Part shown: positions 9,287-19,278 of the stretch, in pieces
Layout of the letters: each line of letters starts with the position of its first letter
Position numbering within the stretch: the first letter of the stretch is position 1
Made by a program: the position numbers and the translations under genes
Source: Chlamydiota bacterium
Lineage (GTDB): Bacteria; Chlamydiota; Chlamydiia; Chlamydiales; 2-12-FULL-49-11
Direction of reading: 5' to 3'
Length of the DNA: 61,178 nt
Assembly: GCA_947478685.1 (NCBI GenBank)
Contig: CANJWO010000004.1
Coordinates: 1 to 61,178 of the forward strand
Notes under the pieces: generated by a model
Database searches by the model: none
The model's input: the letters and a program-made list of their open reading frames with translations, nothing else
Told to the model about the DNA's origin: nothing

Positions 9287-10714
9287 TTAAATAGCTATGG
9301 GGGCCTTCTTATCGGAGATTTTACCTAGTTTTTTGGCCGAGAGGAAGATTGCGGTCATGAATGATATGGAGAGGATGGCGATCGAAGGGATATAGGCGCC
9401 AGTAAAGAGGATGAGGAGGAATTGGTGAAGGAGGGAAGAGCCTGATTTGCCAAGTCTTGATCCTACGCTATCGATGATCGATTTTGCCTTAATGCGTTCT
9501 TCCGGCTCGATGGCAAGGAAGGCGATCTCTTTGCTTGAGTCAAATAGGGAGTATTTTGCCCCGAGTGAGAGGATGTAATGGAGCGATCCGAAGGTCATTA
9601 CAAAATAGGCGTATGGCATATGGAAGAATTTTGCAAAAGAGGGGGCCTCTAAAAAGAGGAAAAAGAGGGAGCTTGTGATCAGAAGAGCTGCAGGTGTCAT
9701 AAGTAAAATAGAGGATTGTTTAAAAAATCTAAAAATATAGCGCATGAGAAACGAGAGAATTAGCGAGACCACTCCTATGATTGTCGTTATTTGATTGATA
9801 TAGGCGTTATAATCTGCGGGCGCTTGGTGAACGCTTTTGATGCTGTTTTTCCAGACCACTTCAAATAGATTATTTGTAAGTGCAAATCCAACGACTAGTG
9901 CTGCAATGCAGAGTAGCTCAGGTTTCCGCCAAATATTTTGTAAACTCTCTTTAAAAGAAAATGAGAGTTTCTTCTCTTTTTTTGTCACAATTTGGGGTAG
10001 GTTATGATAAATGCGATAGTGGACAAACATCAGCAAAGCAGCAATCGCAGTTACTACCAGAATTAGAATCTGGACAGAGTGATCAAAGCTCTTGTTTTTA
10101 CAGAGATAGTGGATTATAAAATAGGAGACTTGACCTGATACAATACCTGCGAAATTTCCAATCATAATGCAGGTTGGAAAAAAGCGTTTTGCGAGACCTG
10201 AAGGGGTGATTTCGTTGAGGCTCGACCAGAAGAGGACCGAGATTACAAGAACCGACCACATTTCAGCGAGCGAATAGAAGAGGGAAAAACTCCAATAGCG
10301 GATCATATTAGTCCACCCACTAAATGAGGCTGGCAATATCCTTTCAAGGCTTGTTGCAAGCCCATTAAGATGGAGAGTTTCACGGTTTGGAAATAGATAA
10401 AAGGCAAAAAAGAGGTAAAAAAGGGCAAGTGAACCGACTAAAATATAGAAAGTTCGATCTCTCCCAAATCGGGTATACAATTTTTGAAATACATAACTAC
10501 CGAGAAGGGCCAATGGGACCATAGCCCAAATTTTAATAAATGGTATGATCTTCGCTCCTGTATCACAGGAAGTAACGATCAAAGTATCTTTTAAATCTCG
10601 CAAGATATGATAGGCAATAATAATGAGAAAGAAATTCACAAGTATGAAAATCTTCCTCCCCCCTTTTGAGAAGGAGCTTTGTGCATTTAAATCTTTAATT
10701 TCAGGATGGATCAT
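9287..10714 (-). CDS. Npt1/Npt2 (TLC) family nucleotide transporter
   Basis: LRDLKDTL, IPFIKIW, FYSLAEMW, EVVWK, AKYSLFD..KEIAF, IDSVGSRLGKSG, and about 12 hydrophobic helices. Confidence 0.92.
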   Translation of the reverse strand: MIHPEIKDLNAQSSFSKGGRKIFILVNFFLIIIAYHILRDLKDTLIVTSCDTGAKIIPFIKIWAMVPLALLGSYVFQKLYTRFGRDRTFYILVGSLALFYLFFAFYLFPNRETLHLNGLATSLERILPASFSGWTNMIRYWSFSLFYSLAEMWSVLVISVLFWSSLNEITPSGLAKRFFPTCIMIGNFAGIVSGQVSYFIIHYLCKNKSFDHSVQILILVVTAIAALLMFVHYRIYHNLPQIVTKKEKKLSFSFKESLQNIWRKPELLCIAALVVGFALTNNLFEVVWKNSIKSVHQAPADYNAYINQITTIIGVVSLILSFLMRYIFRFFKQSSILLMTPAALLITSSLFFLFLEAPSFAKFFHMPYAYFVMTFGSLHYILSLGAKYSLFDSSKEIAFLAIEPEERIKAKSIIDSVGSRLGKSGSSLLHQFLLILFTGAYIPSIAILSISFMTAIFLSAKKLGKISDKKAPIAI

Positions 10715-10770
10715 GTGCTTTTTTTTTTACAAAAAATCGTTTACGAAGTTTTGTAAAAAAAGGTGCATGA
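10711..10770. promoter_or_regulatory. Long inverted repeat overlapping the NTT start codon
   Basis: TCATG..TTTTTTTACAAAA pairs with TTTTGTAAAAAAA..CATGA. Confidence 0.55.
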
Positions 10771-10801
10771 AGTTTAGACGATTATGAATCCCTAGCTCAT
10801 T

Positions 10802-11470
10802 TTATTCAAGCAAAATGGGGTTTTTGAAGAAGTTTTTGATGGCGCCATCGCGCCAGCAGAGTTGGATGTCGCTGTATGAGGGACCTTGCTGGGCAAAAAT
10901 TTCATTGAAATACCAGCGGTCCTTGGCCATGAGGAGGTTCCATTTATAATCGATTGCATTTTTTGGTGAATCTATAAAGAACAGATCATTTTCCATCTGT
11001 TTGTAACAGTATAAAAACATTGTTGCGAGTGTTTTAAAATAGTGATTATTAATAGCATAGGCGTGGGCGCATTGGGAAAAGAGAGCTCGGTTGATTCCGG
11101 AAAGGGAGGTTTTTTCAAAATGCTGTACTGTACCACCAATTAGAAAAACGTCCCAGTTTAGTCCCAAAGAGCTAGTAAAGTGCTCAATAATTTTTTCGAT
11201 ATCTGCTCGGCTTGATAATGAGATAAAGTCATCTTCAAGAATCAGAGCATTTTTAAACCCTTGATCGATTGCATATTGAGCAGCCTTGGAATGACTCAGC
11301 GCGCAACCCTTATGACCGTTTAATGGTTCAAAATGGGCCGATATTCGGTGAATCTTCCCCTTTGCCACTTGGAGCCTGTCAAGCTCCTTTAAAAGAGCCT
11401 CATTCCTATCTGTGCGATGATCAAGATTGATATAAATGATTGCATCAAAGTAATTAAGCCCTCTATCCAT
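10802..11470 (-). CDS. Glycosyltransferase family 25 protein
   Basis: YINLDHRTDR, GCALSH, ALILEDD, AHAYAIN. Confidence 0.88.
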   Translation of the reverse strand: MDRGLNYFDAIIYINLDHRTDRNEALLKELDRLQVAKGKIHRISAHFEPLNGHKGCALSHSKAAQYAIDQGFKNALILEDDFISLSSRADIEKIIEHFTSSLGLNWDVFLIGGTVQHFEKTSLSGINRALFSQCAHAYAINNHYFKTLATMFLYCYKQMENDLFFIDSPKNAIDYKWNLLMAKDRWYFNEIFAQQGPSYSDIQLCWRDGAIKNFFKNPILLE

Positions 11471-11517
11471 TAATCAATTCACATGTTGTCTATTATCCAA
11501 CATATGAATTGATTAAT
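11469..11517. terminator. 20-bp inverted repeat filling the alaS-GT25 gap (terminator or regulatory hairpin)
   Basis: ATTAATCAATTCACATGTTG - 9-nt loop - CAACATATGAATTGATTAAT, 1 mismatch. Confidence 0.55.
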
Positions 11518-11518
11518 T

Positions 11519-14140
11519 TTAGGCAAGGGTTTCGGTGAGGAGTGTACGAGCAAGGTCGAGGGAGGTTTTGAGTCCTGAAGGATCTTTGCCGCCAGCTTGT
11601 GCGCTGTCTGGTTTGCCGCCGCCGGAGCCGTTTACAGGTTTAGCTATTTCGGGAAGGAGTTTATTTGCGTGGAGCCCTTTGGCAACAAGGTCGGGGCTGA
11701 TTCGGAGGAGGAGTTGGCAGCGGTCACCCTCTTTAACGGCGAGGAGGAGAATTCCCGATCCAAGTCTATTCATGAGGTCGTTTGCGAGGGGGGTGAATTC
11801 CTCTTTTTGTATGGTTATCTCCTTGATAATGATAGGGATTGAATTGATCAGTTCTCTATTTTGAAGGAGTTCCTCTTTCAATAGATTGATGTGGACCCCG
11901 CGCATTGCTTTTAATTCTCCTTTCGTCTTTTTTTGCTCTTCAAGGAGGGAGTGGATAGATTCTTTTGCCTTTGCAGGAGTGGTTTCGAGAAGATGGCAGA
12001 GGTGATTCAATAGGTCTTCTCTACTATACATGTAGATCTCAGCATTTTTTCCTGTTGCAGCTTCAATTCTGCGAACGCCAGCAGCGATGCTCGATTCGCC
12101 TGTAATGCGGAAAAGTCCAATCTCTCCTATATTATGTATATGAGTCCCTCCACAAAGTTCTTTAGAGAACTCGCCGATTGCAACAACGCGGACTTCGCTT
12201 CCATACTTATCGCCGAAGAATTGCTTGATCTCTTTATGCCCTTTTATCGAGTCGTAGGAGGTGGAGTAAGATTTTACAGAATTGCTTAAACAAATTTTCT
12301 CATTAACAAGCTCTTCTACTGTTCTTATCTCTTCAGGTGTCATCGATTTATGGTGGGAAAAATCAAATCGAAGTCGAGCTTCTTCAACGAGAGAGCCGGC
12401 CTGTCTTATGTGAGAACCTAGTACTTTGTCAAGGGCCCAGTGAAGAAGATGGGTAGCTGTGTGATTGCGCGATGTAAGGCTTCTATGATGTTTATCTACA
12501 GCTGCATGGAGAGGTTCTCCAAGTAGGATAGTGCCTGTTTGAAGCGAGCCATTATGCAAGATAATTCCTGGGTAGGGCTTTGTGGCCTTTGTTACAGTAA
12601 AATGGGCATTATCATGGAAAATGTTTCCACAGTCGCCCGACTGTCCACCACCTTCACCATAAAAAGTTGTTGTATCTAGAATTAAAGAACCCTCTTCGCC
12701 TGTGTCCAATCGCTCTTTGAATTCGCCATTAACAAGGATTCCGATCACGGTTCCATTTGTGTTAAGATCTTCATATCCAATAAATTGTACGTCTCCGTTT
12801 TTTTCGAGAAAATCGGTAAATAGGCTCTCCTCTGCAACTTGGACGTGTTTGGCTTGTGCTTTACGCGAGCGGTCTTTTGCTGCCTCTTCAAGGATCATAT
12901 AAGAGTCTAGATTTACGTTAAGTCCATTGTCTTTTGCAATAAGGAGAATCTCTTCTACAGGAAAGCCGTAAGTATCTTTTAGTTTAAAAGCATCTTCGCC
13001 TGTTATCTGCTTAGAATGAGTAGCCTCTTCTATGATATTGCTTAAAATATTTCCGCCCCGTTTGAGTGTGCGGAAAAAGCTTTCTTCTTCATTTGTAAGG
13101 ACTTCGCAAATTTTGTTTGAGGATGATTTTAGTTCTGGGTAGTCTTCGCCCATTAGATTTAAAAGCGTTGGGAAAAGTTTTGATAGAAAAGGGGTCTCAA
13201 ATCCAAGTTTTTTTCCATAACGGACAGCTCTACGTAAAACTTTTCTTAAGACATAGCCTCTGTCCAAATTGCTTGGGGTAGCACCGTCAGCGATGGTGAA
13301 CGCGAGCATTCTGAGGTGGTCTGCAATAACATGAAAGGAGGGTTTGTCTGATTCATATTTGATTTTAGAGAGATTTTCGACCGAGGCAATGATCGATCTA
13401 AGCACATCTGTCTCAAAGACGGTTGTACTATTAATTAGTAGAGAGGCCATCCTCTCTAGGCCCATTCCTGTGTCAACGCAAGGTTTCGGAAGGGGATTCA
13501 TATGTCCTTCACTATCTTTGTTATACTGCATAAAGACTAGATTCCAAAATTCAAAAAAGCGTTCGCCATCAGTGTCTTCATAAGGGGATTTTGCAGGGCC
13601 GAAACTGTCGCCTCTATCAAAAAGAAGCTCTGAACAGGGGCCACAAGGTCCGGTATCGCCCATCGACCAAAAGTTGTCTTTTGCGCCCAAACGAACTATC
13701 CGCTCCGCTGGTAAGTACTTTCGCCAAATCTCAAATGCCTCATCGTCATCCTGATAGACCGATACCCAAAGTCTGTTCATGTCGATCTTAAAAATATTTG
13801 CGGAGGCTTCAAAAGCAAATTTGATCGCATCTTCTTTGAAATAATCGCCAAAAGAGAAGTTCCCAAGCATTTCAAATAAAGTGAGGTGTCTAGTTGTAAA
13901 TCCTACGTTATCAAGATCGTTATGCTTTCCGCCGACTCGGACGCATTTTTGAGAGGTGGTGGCTCTTGTGCAATCAAGCTTGCTTGCGCCTAAAAATATC
14001 GACTTAAATTGGTTCATTCCAGCGTTTGTAAAAAGGATGGTAGGATCTTCGTGAGGGATTGTAGGTGAAGAGGATATAATCCTGTGGTTTTGTGCTTTAA
14101 AAAAATCTAAAAATTTTTGGCGAAGTTCTCTTGTGTCCAT
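11519..14140 (-). CDS. alaS: Alanine--tRNA ligase
   Basis: LFTNAGMNQFK, FEMLGNFSFGDYFK, NHTATHLL, ELCGGTH, GGGGKPDSAQAGG. The real start is MDTRELRQ at 14140. Confidence 0.98.
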   Translation of the reverse strand: MDTRELRQKFLDFFKAQNHRIISSSPTIPHEDPTILFTNAGMNQFKSIFLGASKLDCTRATTSQKCVRVGGKHNDLDNVGFTTRHLTLFEMLGNFSFGDYFKEDAIKFAFEASANIFKIDMNRLWVSVYQDDDEAFEIWRKYLPAERIVRLGAKDNFWSMGDTGPCGPCSELLFDRGDSFGPAKSPYEDTDGERFFEFWNLVFMQYNKDSEGHMNPLPKPCVDTGMGLERMASLLINSTTVFETDVLRSIIASVENLSKIKYESDKPSFHVIADHLRMLAFTIADGATPSNLDRGYVLRKVLRRAVRYGKKLGFETPFLSKLFPTLLNLMGEDYPELKSSSNKICEVLTNEEESFFRTLKRGGNILSNIIEEATHSKQITGEDAFKLKDTYGFPVEEILLIAKDNGLNVNLDSYMILEEAAKDRSRKAQAKHVQVAEESLFTDFLEKNGDVQFIGYEDLNTNGTVIGILVNGEFKERLDTGEEGSLILDTTTFYGEGGGQSGDCGNIFHDNAHFTVTKATKPYPGIILHNGSLQTGTILLGEPLHAAVDKHHRSLTSRNHTATHLLHWALDKVLGSHIRQAGSLVEEARLRFDFSHHKSMTPEEIRTVEELVNEKICLSNSVKSYSTSYDSIKGHKEIKQFFGDKYGSEVRVVAIGEFSKELCGGTHIHNIGEIGLFRITGESSIAAGVRRIEAATGKNAEIYMYSREDLLNHLCHLLETTPAKAKESIHSLLEEQKKTKGELKAMRGVHINLLKEELLQNRELINSIPIIIKEITIQKEEFTPLANDLMNRLGSGILLLAVKEGDRCQLLLRISPDLVAKGLHANKLLPEIAKPVNGSGGGKPDSAQAGGKDPSGLKTSLDLARTLLTETLA

Positions 14141-14197
14141 GGGCTTTTTTCCCTTGCTAAGTTTACCATTGAAAGTGAAAATATAGCATAAAGAGGG

Positions 14198-16198
14198 GTG
14201 AGAGTGGAAGAGGAAATACTTTGTGAGATCGCGGGTACAATTAGAGGGCTTTCGATGGATGCTGTACAAAAGGCAAACTCTGGCCATCCAGGTCTTCCAA
14301 TGGGTTGTGCGGAAATGGGGGCCTATCTTTGGGGTAATTTTATGCATTATAACCCTAAGAATCCGAGTTGGTTCAATCGCGACAGATTTGTTCTTTCTGC
14401 TGGGCATGGCTCGATGCTGCTTTACTCTGTCCTCCATCTCTCTGGCTATGATCTTTCTATAGAAGATTTGAAAAATTTTCGACAGCTTGGTTCTAAGACC
14501 CCTGGTCACCCTGAACGGCTTGATACTCCTGGAGTTGAGGTAACTACTGGGCCGCTTGGACAAGGTGTAGGAAATGCAGTTGGTATGGCTCTTGCCTACA
14601 AAATATTAGAAAATAGATTCAATTGCGAAGGCTTCCCTATTGTAAGCAATAAAATTATCTGCTTAGCAGGGGATGGTTGCATGATGGAAGGGGTCTCAAA
14701 TGAGGTCTCATCTTTAGCTGGCCACCTCTGCCTAAACAACCTTATTCTAATTTACGATATGAATAAAGTTACTCTTGATGGAGAGTGGAAAGACAGTTGC
14801 TCTGATAATCAAGCGCTTAGGTACAAAGCATATGGATGGGACGTCATAGAGATAGAAGATGGTAATGACATTGATGAGATTTCAAGGGTCTTTTTAAAAC
14901 TGAAGAAGCCTATGCAAAAACCGACGATTGTGATTTTACACACCGTTATAGGGAAAGGTGCAGCAACAAAAGAGGGGACCTGTAAAGTACATGGATCTCC
15001 GCTTGGGCAAGAGGAGCTTGTTGCAACTAAGAAAAAACTAGACCTTCCAGAGCAGTCATTTTATGTATCTCCGATGGTTCGCGACTACTTTAATCACAAA
15101 CAGAAAGAATGTCAAAAAACTGAGGATGAATGGGATGGGATGTTTGATCGTTGGAAGAAGGCGCATCCGGACCTGTATGAACTCTTTCAAAAGATGGAAA
15201 ATCACCAAGTATCAAAAGAATTAATAGATGAAATTCGTAAGTTGCCCGTAGAAGAAAAAATGGCGGGACGAAAAATGTCTAATGTTGTCCTTCAGCTCCT
15301 TGCAGAAAAGCTCCCCTATTTGCTTGTCGGTTCGGCCGATCTCTCTGAATCTGATTTTACTTATATAAAAAACGGAAAGCCGATTCTGCCCGAAAACTTT
15401 GAAGGTAAGGTTGTTAGATATGGAATTAGAGAGTTTGGTATGACTGCAATGGCAAATGGAATATCGACAACATTTCTTAGGCCTGTAGTCGGTACATTTT
15501 TCTGCTTTTCAGACTATGCAAGGCCTGCCCTTAGACTCGCAGCTCTCTCGCATCATTCTATATTATCGATCTTCACTCATGACTCAATAGGTCTTGGAGA
15601 GGATGGGCCTACCCACCAGCCTGTAGAACATTTAGCGGCTCTTCGGGTAATACCTAATATGTACGTGTTTAGACCAGGTGATGCCAATGAAGTAAAGGGG
15701 GCGTATGCATGGATCTTGAATCACAAAACAGGCCCTGTATCTTTAATTTTGACAAGGCAACCACTTCCCACATTAAAAGAGACTGATCGTAGCTTTGAAG
15801 ATGGGGTAATGAAAGGTGGCTACATTTTAATTGAGGAAGATAGATCAAAACCGGTTGACTACATTTTGATTGGAACAGGATCAGAGCTTCAATTGGCAGT
15901 AGAAGTTGCTAAGAGATTAAAGAATGACTCGAAAAATGTTCGTGTGGTTTCGCTTCCCTGTTTTAGATTATTTGAGGACCAAAATTATGAGCATAAAGCG
16001 CACGTCCTCGGAGGACAAGCTGGTAAACGGATAAGCATTGAAGCAGGCGTCTCCTTTGGATGGGAGAGATACATCGGTCCAGAAGGGATAGCAATTAGCA
16101 TCAATGAATTTGGAAGATCGGCCCCTATCGCAGATGTAATGCGCCACTTCGGTTTCACCGTAGATCAAATCCTCGAAAGGATAAGAAGTGCTAAGTAG
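14198..16198 (+). CDS. tkt: Transketolase
   Basis: SGHPG, DRFVLSAGH, GDGCMMEG, THDSIGLGEDGPTHQP. Confidence 0.98.
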   Translation: MRVEEEILCEIAGTIRGLSMDAVQKANSGHPGLPMGCAEMGAYLWGNFMHYNPKNPSWFNRDRFVLSAGHGSMLLYSVLHLSGYDLSIEDLKNFRQLGSKTPGHPERLDTPGVEVTTGPLGQGVGNAVGMALAYKILENRFNCEGFPIVSNKIICLAGDGCMMEGVSNEVSSLAGHLCLNNLILIYDMNKVTLDGEWKDSCSDNQALRYKAYGWDVIEIEDGNDIDEISRVFLKLKKPMQKPTIVILHTVIGKGAATKEGTCKVHGSPLGQEELVATKKKLDLPEQSFYVSPMVRDYFNHKQKECQKTEDEWDGMFDRWKKAHPDLYELFQKMENHQVSKELIDEIRKLPVEEKMAGRKMSNVVLQLLAEKLPYLLVGSADLSESDFTYIKNGKPILPENFEGKVVRYGIREFGMTAMANGISTTFLRPVVGTFFCFSDYARPALRLAALSHHSILSIFTHDSIGLGEDGPTHQPVEHLAALRVIPNMYVFRPGDANEVKGAYAWILNHKTGPVSLILTRQPLPTLKETDRSFEDGVMKGGYILIEEDRSKPVDYILIGTGSELQLAVEVAKRLKNDSKNVRVVSLPCFRLFEDQNYEHKAHVLGGQAGKRISIEAGVSFGWERYIGPEGIAISINEFGRSAPIADVMRHFGFTVDQILERIRSAK

Positions 16199-17135
16199 GT
16201 TAAAAAAAAGCATAGTGTTTTTCTTTGTGCTGGTTTGGAGTCAGGGTTGGTGTAGTGTCATTACGACAAACAACTTGGGTGAGTATTTTGATCTTACTGC
16301 TAATAGCGTAGAGAGATACATCTATGGCCAACTTGTCCTTACTACGACTAATCCAGCGCCTTCCACTGTGCCGACTAACGCAACGCTTCAAATTTTTTCT
16401 CCTCTGATAACGGCTGAAATAACTGCTGAAATAGCCCAATTTAGTCTTGCAAATATTGTAGTTAAACCGGCGATTGTCACAAAATCATTAGTACAAATTG
16501 CGATCGATAAGAAGCTTGCCGCTGATGTTGAGATTACATTCACTCCTAATTTTAAAGCATTTCCAGGCTATCAAGCGACATTGTCTCTCTTAGGGCAAAC
16601 TCTCAATACAAATGTTTTTTCCTCTCCAAATCCGGCTCAGTATTTTCTTCTTCAAATGTCTCCAATTACAGCAGGCATTACCCAGTATGTCTATTGTGAT
16701 CTTTTTTATGGAGGCAAAGCAACCAATAAGTGGGTCCTTCCTCCTGCAAATAATTTACCTTCTCAAGGCCTTTTTGCCTCTCAAACATGGAAGACTCCTA
16801 CAATTTTCCAAACAAAGACAAATGAGACCCAGACCCTAAAATTTTCTCTTGAAATCCCCTTAAGTTCTTTTATAGGTTTAAAAGTGGGTGCATATCAGAT
16901 ACGGATTGCAGCTGTTATGATTCCTCCAGAAACGGCAGCGGTTGTAGCAACAACGGTCTCGCCATTTGTCCCTACACAATTAGCAACCCTTCAAAAATAT
17001 CTAGATAGTGCAATTTCTACTGCAGAGGGGAATAGCTTGCTCTACGTGCCAACGGGGGTACAACTTGCAAGCATCACTGCAAATATTGCTTTTCTCTTAA
17101 AGCTTATTGTAGAAATATCTGCTGCTAACCCCTAG
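16188..17135 (+). CDS. Secreted hypothetical protein (Thr/Pro/Ala-rich, beta-rich)
   Basis: Signal-peptide-like N-terminus; overlaps the tkt stop codon. Confidence 0.65.
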   Translation: MLSRLKKSIVFFFVLVWSQGWCSVITTNNLGEYFDLTANSVERYIYGQLVLTTTNPAPSTVPTNATLQIFSPLITAEITAEIAQFSLANIVVKPAIVTKSLVQIAIDKKLAADVEITFTPNFKAFPGYQATLSLLGQTLNTNVFSSPNPAQYFLLQMSPITAGITQYVYCDLFYGGKATNKWVLPPANNLPSQGLFASQTWKTPTIFQTKTNETQTLKFSLEIPLSSFIGLKVGAYQIRIAAVMIPPETAAVVATTVSPFVPTQLATLQKYLDSAISTAEGNSLLYVPTGVQLASITANIAFLLKLIVEISAANP

Positions 17136-17149
17136 ATGCCCTGGTTTCT

Positions 17150-17323
17150 TATAGTGAATTAAATTTACATTGATAAGTTTACACAGTATGTGCCCTTGGG
17201 TTTCATTAGGCATTAGCCGGCGCTGAAGCAGGCCGTGTGTTTTCACACGAGCGATGCAAGCAAATGGAACCCAAGGGATACAGACGCAGTAAAATTATCT
17301 AATAGCAAATTTAATTCGCTATA
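17150..17323. mobile_element. MITE with TATAG(T/C)GAATTAAATTT terminal inverted repeats
   Basis: 17-bp TIRs at 17150-17166 and 17307-17323 (1 mismatch). Internal inverted repeat CCCTTGGGTT..CATT / AATG..AACCCAAGGG. Core shared, in inverted orientation, with 24596-24786 and 57051-57182. Confidence 0.8.
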
Positions 17324-17582
17324 ATAGCGCCGCCATTCTTACCTGAAAAGGAATATCCCTTGGAAAATGAATCCCTTTTTGAGCTAGTGCTGTCTTATAT
17401 TTTATAACAATAGTATTGAGCCTGTTGAGCAAATCTCTCTTTTCGTATTTGAAAAGAGGGGTTTCTGGATTGCTAACATCAAAGAAATGTTGATTGGGTC
17501 CATAACTACAATAGACTTCTTGCGTAACTGTAACCGACCTTTTCTTTATAAATAATTTACTTTGATATAGAATATTTCGCAA
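17319..17582 (-). CDS. Small hypothetical protein or gene remnant
   Basis: 87-aa ORF with a TTG start. Its stop codon is supplied by the MITE TIR. Confidence 0.3.
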   Translation of the reverse strand: MRNILYQSKLFIKKRSVTVTQEVYCSYGPNQHFFDVSNPETPLFKYEKRDLLNRLNTIVIKYKTALAQKGIHFPRDIPFQVRMAALL

Positions 17583-17605
17583 GTGCTCATTTAATAGATA
17601 AGTTA

Positions 17606-18223
17606 TTATGAAAAAGTTCCTTTAAAGGTCTCCTTCAAGGTTTGCTCTGTAATGTGTTCGATGAACCCCATTTCGAAGACGGGGCAGGCGTGGGAGTATT
17701 GTTCAATGGTACGTTTATTGATGGCATCTTTTTCCCCATTGAGGAGGACCCCGAAGATAGGGATTCCTTCACGCTCGAGTTTTTCTAGTGTAAGAAGAGC
17801 CTGATTAATGGCTCCTTTATTATTGCGGATGACAAGGAGGGTTGGGGCATTAAACGCTTTCATAAAATCGAGAACGAGCTCTTTTTCATTTAGAGGGAGC
17901 ATAATCCCTCCCGCGCTTTCAACAATGAGGTGAGAATGTGGAATGAGAGATTTTTCCGGCACAAGCGATCTGATATCTATCCCTGTATGTTGAGCATGAG
18001 GGAGGAGAGGTTCTCCAAATATGTAACTCTCCCTTAAAAAGTGAGAATGTGGAAGGCCGGTAGCTTCATGTATCCATTCAGTGTCAGTACAAGGGCTGAC
18101 TCCGCACTGTATCGGCTTCCAATAGCACCCTTTCAATCCGAGAGTTAATACAGCAGAGACAAATGTTTTTCCCACATTAGCATCTGCGCCAGTAATGAAT
18201 AATGTCTTAGGAAAGCTAACCAT
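17606..18223 (-). CDS. bioD: Dethiobiotin synthase
   Basis: FITG.D.NVGKT P-loop, YWKPIQCG, VESAGG, GAINQALLT. Confidence 0.9.
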   Translation of the reverse strand: MVSFPKTLFITGADANVGKTFVSAVLTLGLKGCYWKPIQCGVSPCTDTEWIHEATGLPHSHFLRESYIFGEPLLPHAQHTGIDIRSLVPEKSLIPHSHLIVESAGGIMLPLNEKELVLDFMKAFNAPTLLVIRNNKGAINQALLTLEKLEREGIPIFGVLLNGEKDAINKRTIEQYSHACPVFEMGFIEHITEQTLKETFKGTFS

Positions 18224-18308
18224 ATACTACCTCCGATCATATTGTTAAAAGACGAACTATATTGAATGAAGATTATTTAAAGAACATAAATTTTTTAAAA
18301 TTTGAGGG

Positions 18309-19277
18309 TCAGACGAATTTGAGGGCTTCGAATTGGGGGATCTCTTTGTAGGAGGAAAAGCTCAGGAAGAGGTTTGAGATATCCTTTTCTGTGAGGCCAA
18401 GATTGGGAAAGAAGGTGAGGGAGGATGAGGATGTGCCTGGGAGAAAAAAATGGTCGCAAAGATGGAGGTGGACATTCTTCATTTCGGAAGGATTTGAGAA
18501 GGGGAGGGAGACGAAGGGGGCCTTTGTTTCAAGGGGCTGAAAACCTATTTTTCTGAGGGAGGTATAGAGAAGGTGCTTCAAATTAAATAGTCTTTTTCTT
18601 TCAAATAGCATTGATGGAATAAGCTTTATTGTAGCATCGATCATACCTAAAAAAAGGGGGGGGATATATTGTTCTTTATGCAAAGCGGGAAGCTTTTCAA
18701 AAAGGTCTGCTTTTATCTTTTTGGAACAGGCGAAGTAGGAGACATACGATCCAAAGCATTTGTTAAAACTTCCTAAGAGAAGATCAACATCCTCTTTTTG
18801 GGCGGCAAGTCCGAATCCATGATTTCCAAGGCTTGAGAAGCTTAAGCTGTCATCAACTCCGAGAAATGAATTTGAATTTTCTTTTATAGTTCGAAGGTCA
18901 TCAAAACAGATGAGTGTTCCGGTATTCCGAGAGATGCTTTGAGTTAAAATGAGGGGCTTGCCATTCAGCATGTTGATCTTAGAGAGGAGATAAGGATCGG
19001 ATTCGTAAAAAGTGACTGTCTCATGACCTAGAAACTTAGCAAGGAGATCTTCACTCTTTTTTAGAGCCTCTTCATAGGAGGGGAGTCCTCTTGTCGGTAG
19101 AGATCCCGAGCCCCATTTGATCGAATAAGCGATGCCTTGCTCCTTTACATAGGGATGTGAAGCGAGATTTAGATAATCTGTTGAAGAAAAATTGATAGTG
19201 GATGGATTGATTCCAGGAAAGAGAGTTCTAAGTCGTCTTTGACACTTCAGTTTATATTTTCTCTGAGGTTCTTCCAT
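18309..19277 (-). CDS. Divergent 8-amino-7-oxononanoate synthase-like (BioF-like) PLP fold protein
   Basis: NFSSTDYLNLASHP, GSGS, GSFNKCFG. Shorter than a typical BioF, and DEAH is replaced by DDSL. Confidence 0.7.
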   Translation of the reverse strand: MEEPQRKYKLKCQRRLRTLFPGINPSTINFSSTDYLNLASHPYVKEQGIAYSIKWGSGSLPTRGLPSYEEALKKSEDLLAKFLGHETVTFYESDPYLLSKINMLNGKPLILTQSISRNTGTLICFDDLRTIKENSNSFLGVDDSLSFSSLGNHGFGLAAQKEDVDLLLGSFNKCFGSYVSYFACSKKIKADLFEKLPALHKEQYIPPLFLGMIDATIKLIPSMLFERKRLFNLKHLLYTSLRKIGFQPLETKAPFVSLPFSNPSEMKNVHLHLCDHFFLPGTSSSSLTFFPNLGLTEKDISNLFLSFSSYKEIPQFEALKFV

Positions 19278-19278
19278 G

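Noticed and set aside
14141-14563. 140-aa N-terminal extension of AlaRS in the ORF track
   Set aside because: It is antisense to tkt; AlaRS homology starts at MDTRELR (14140).
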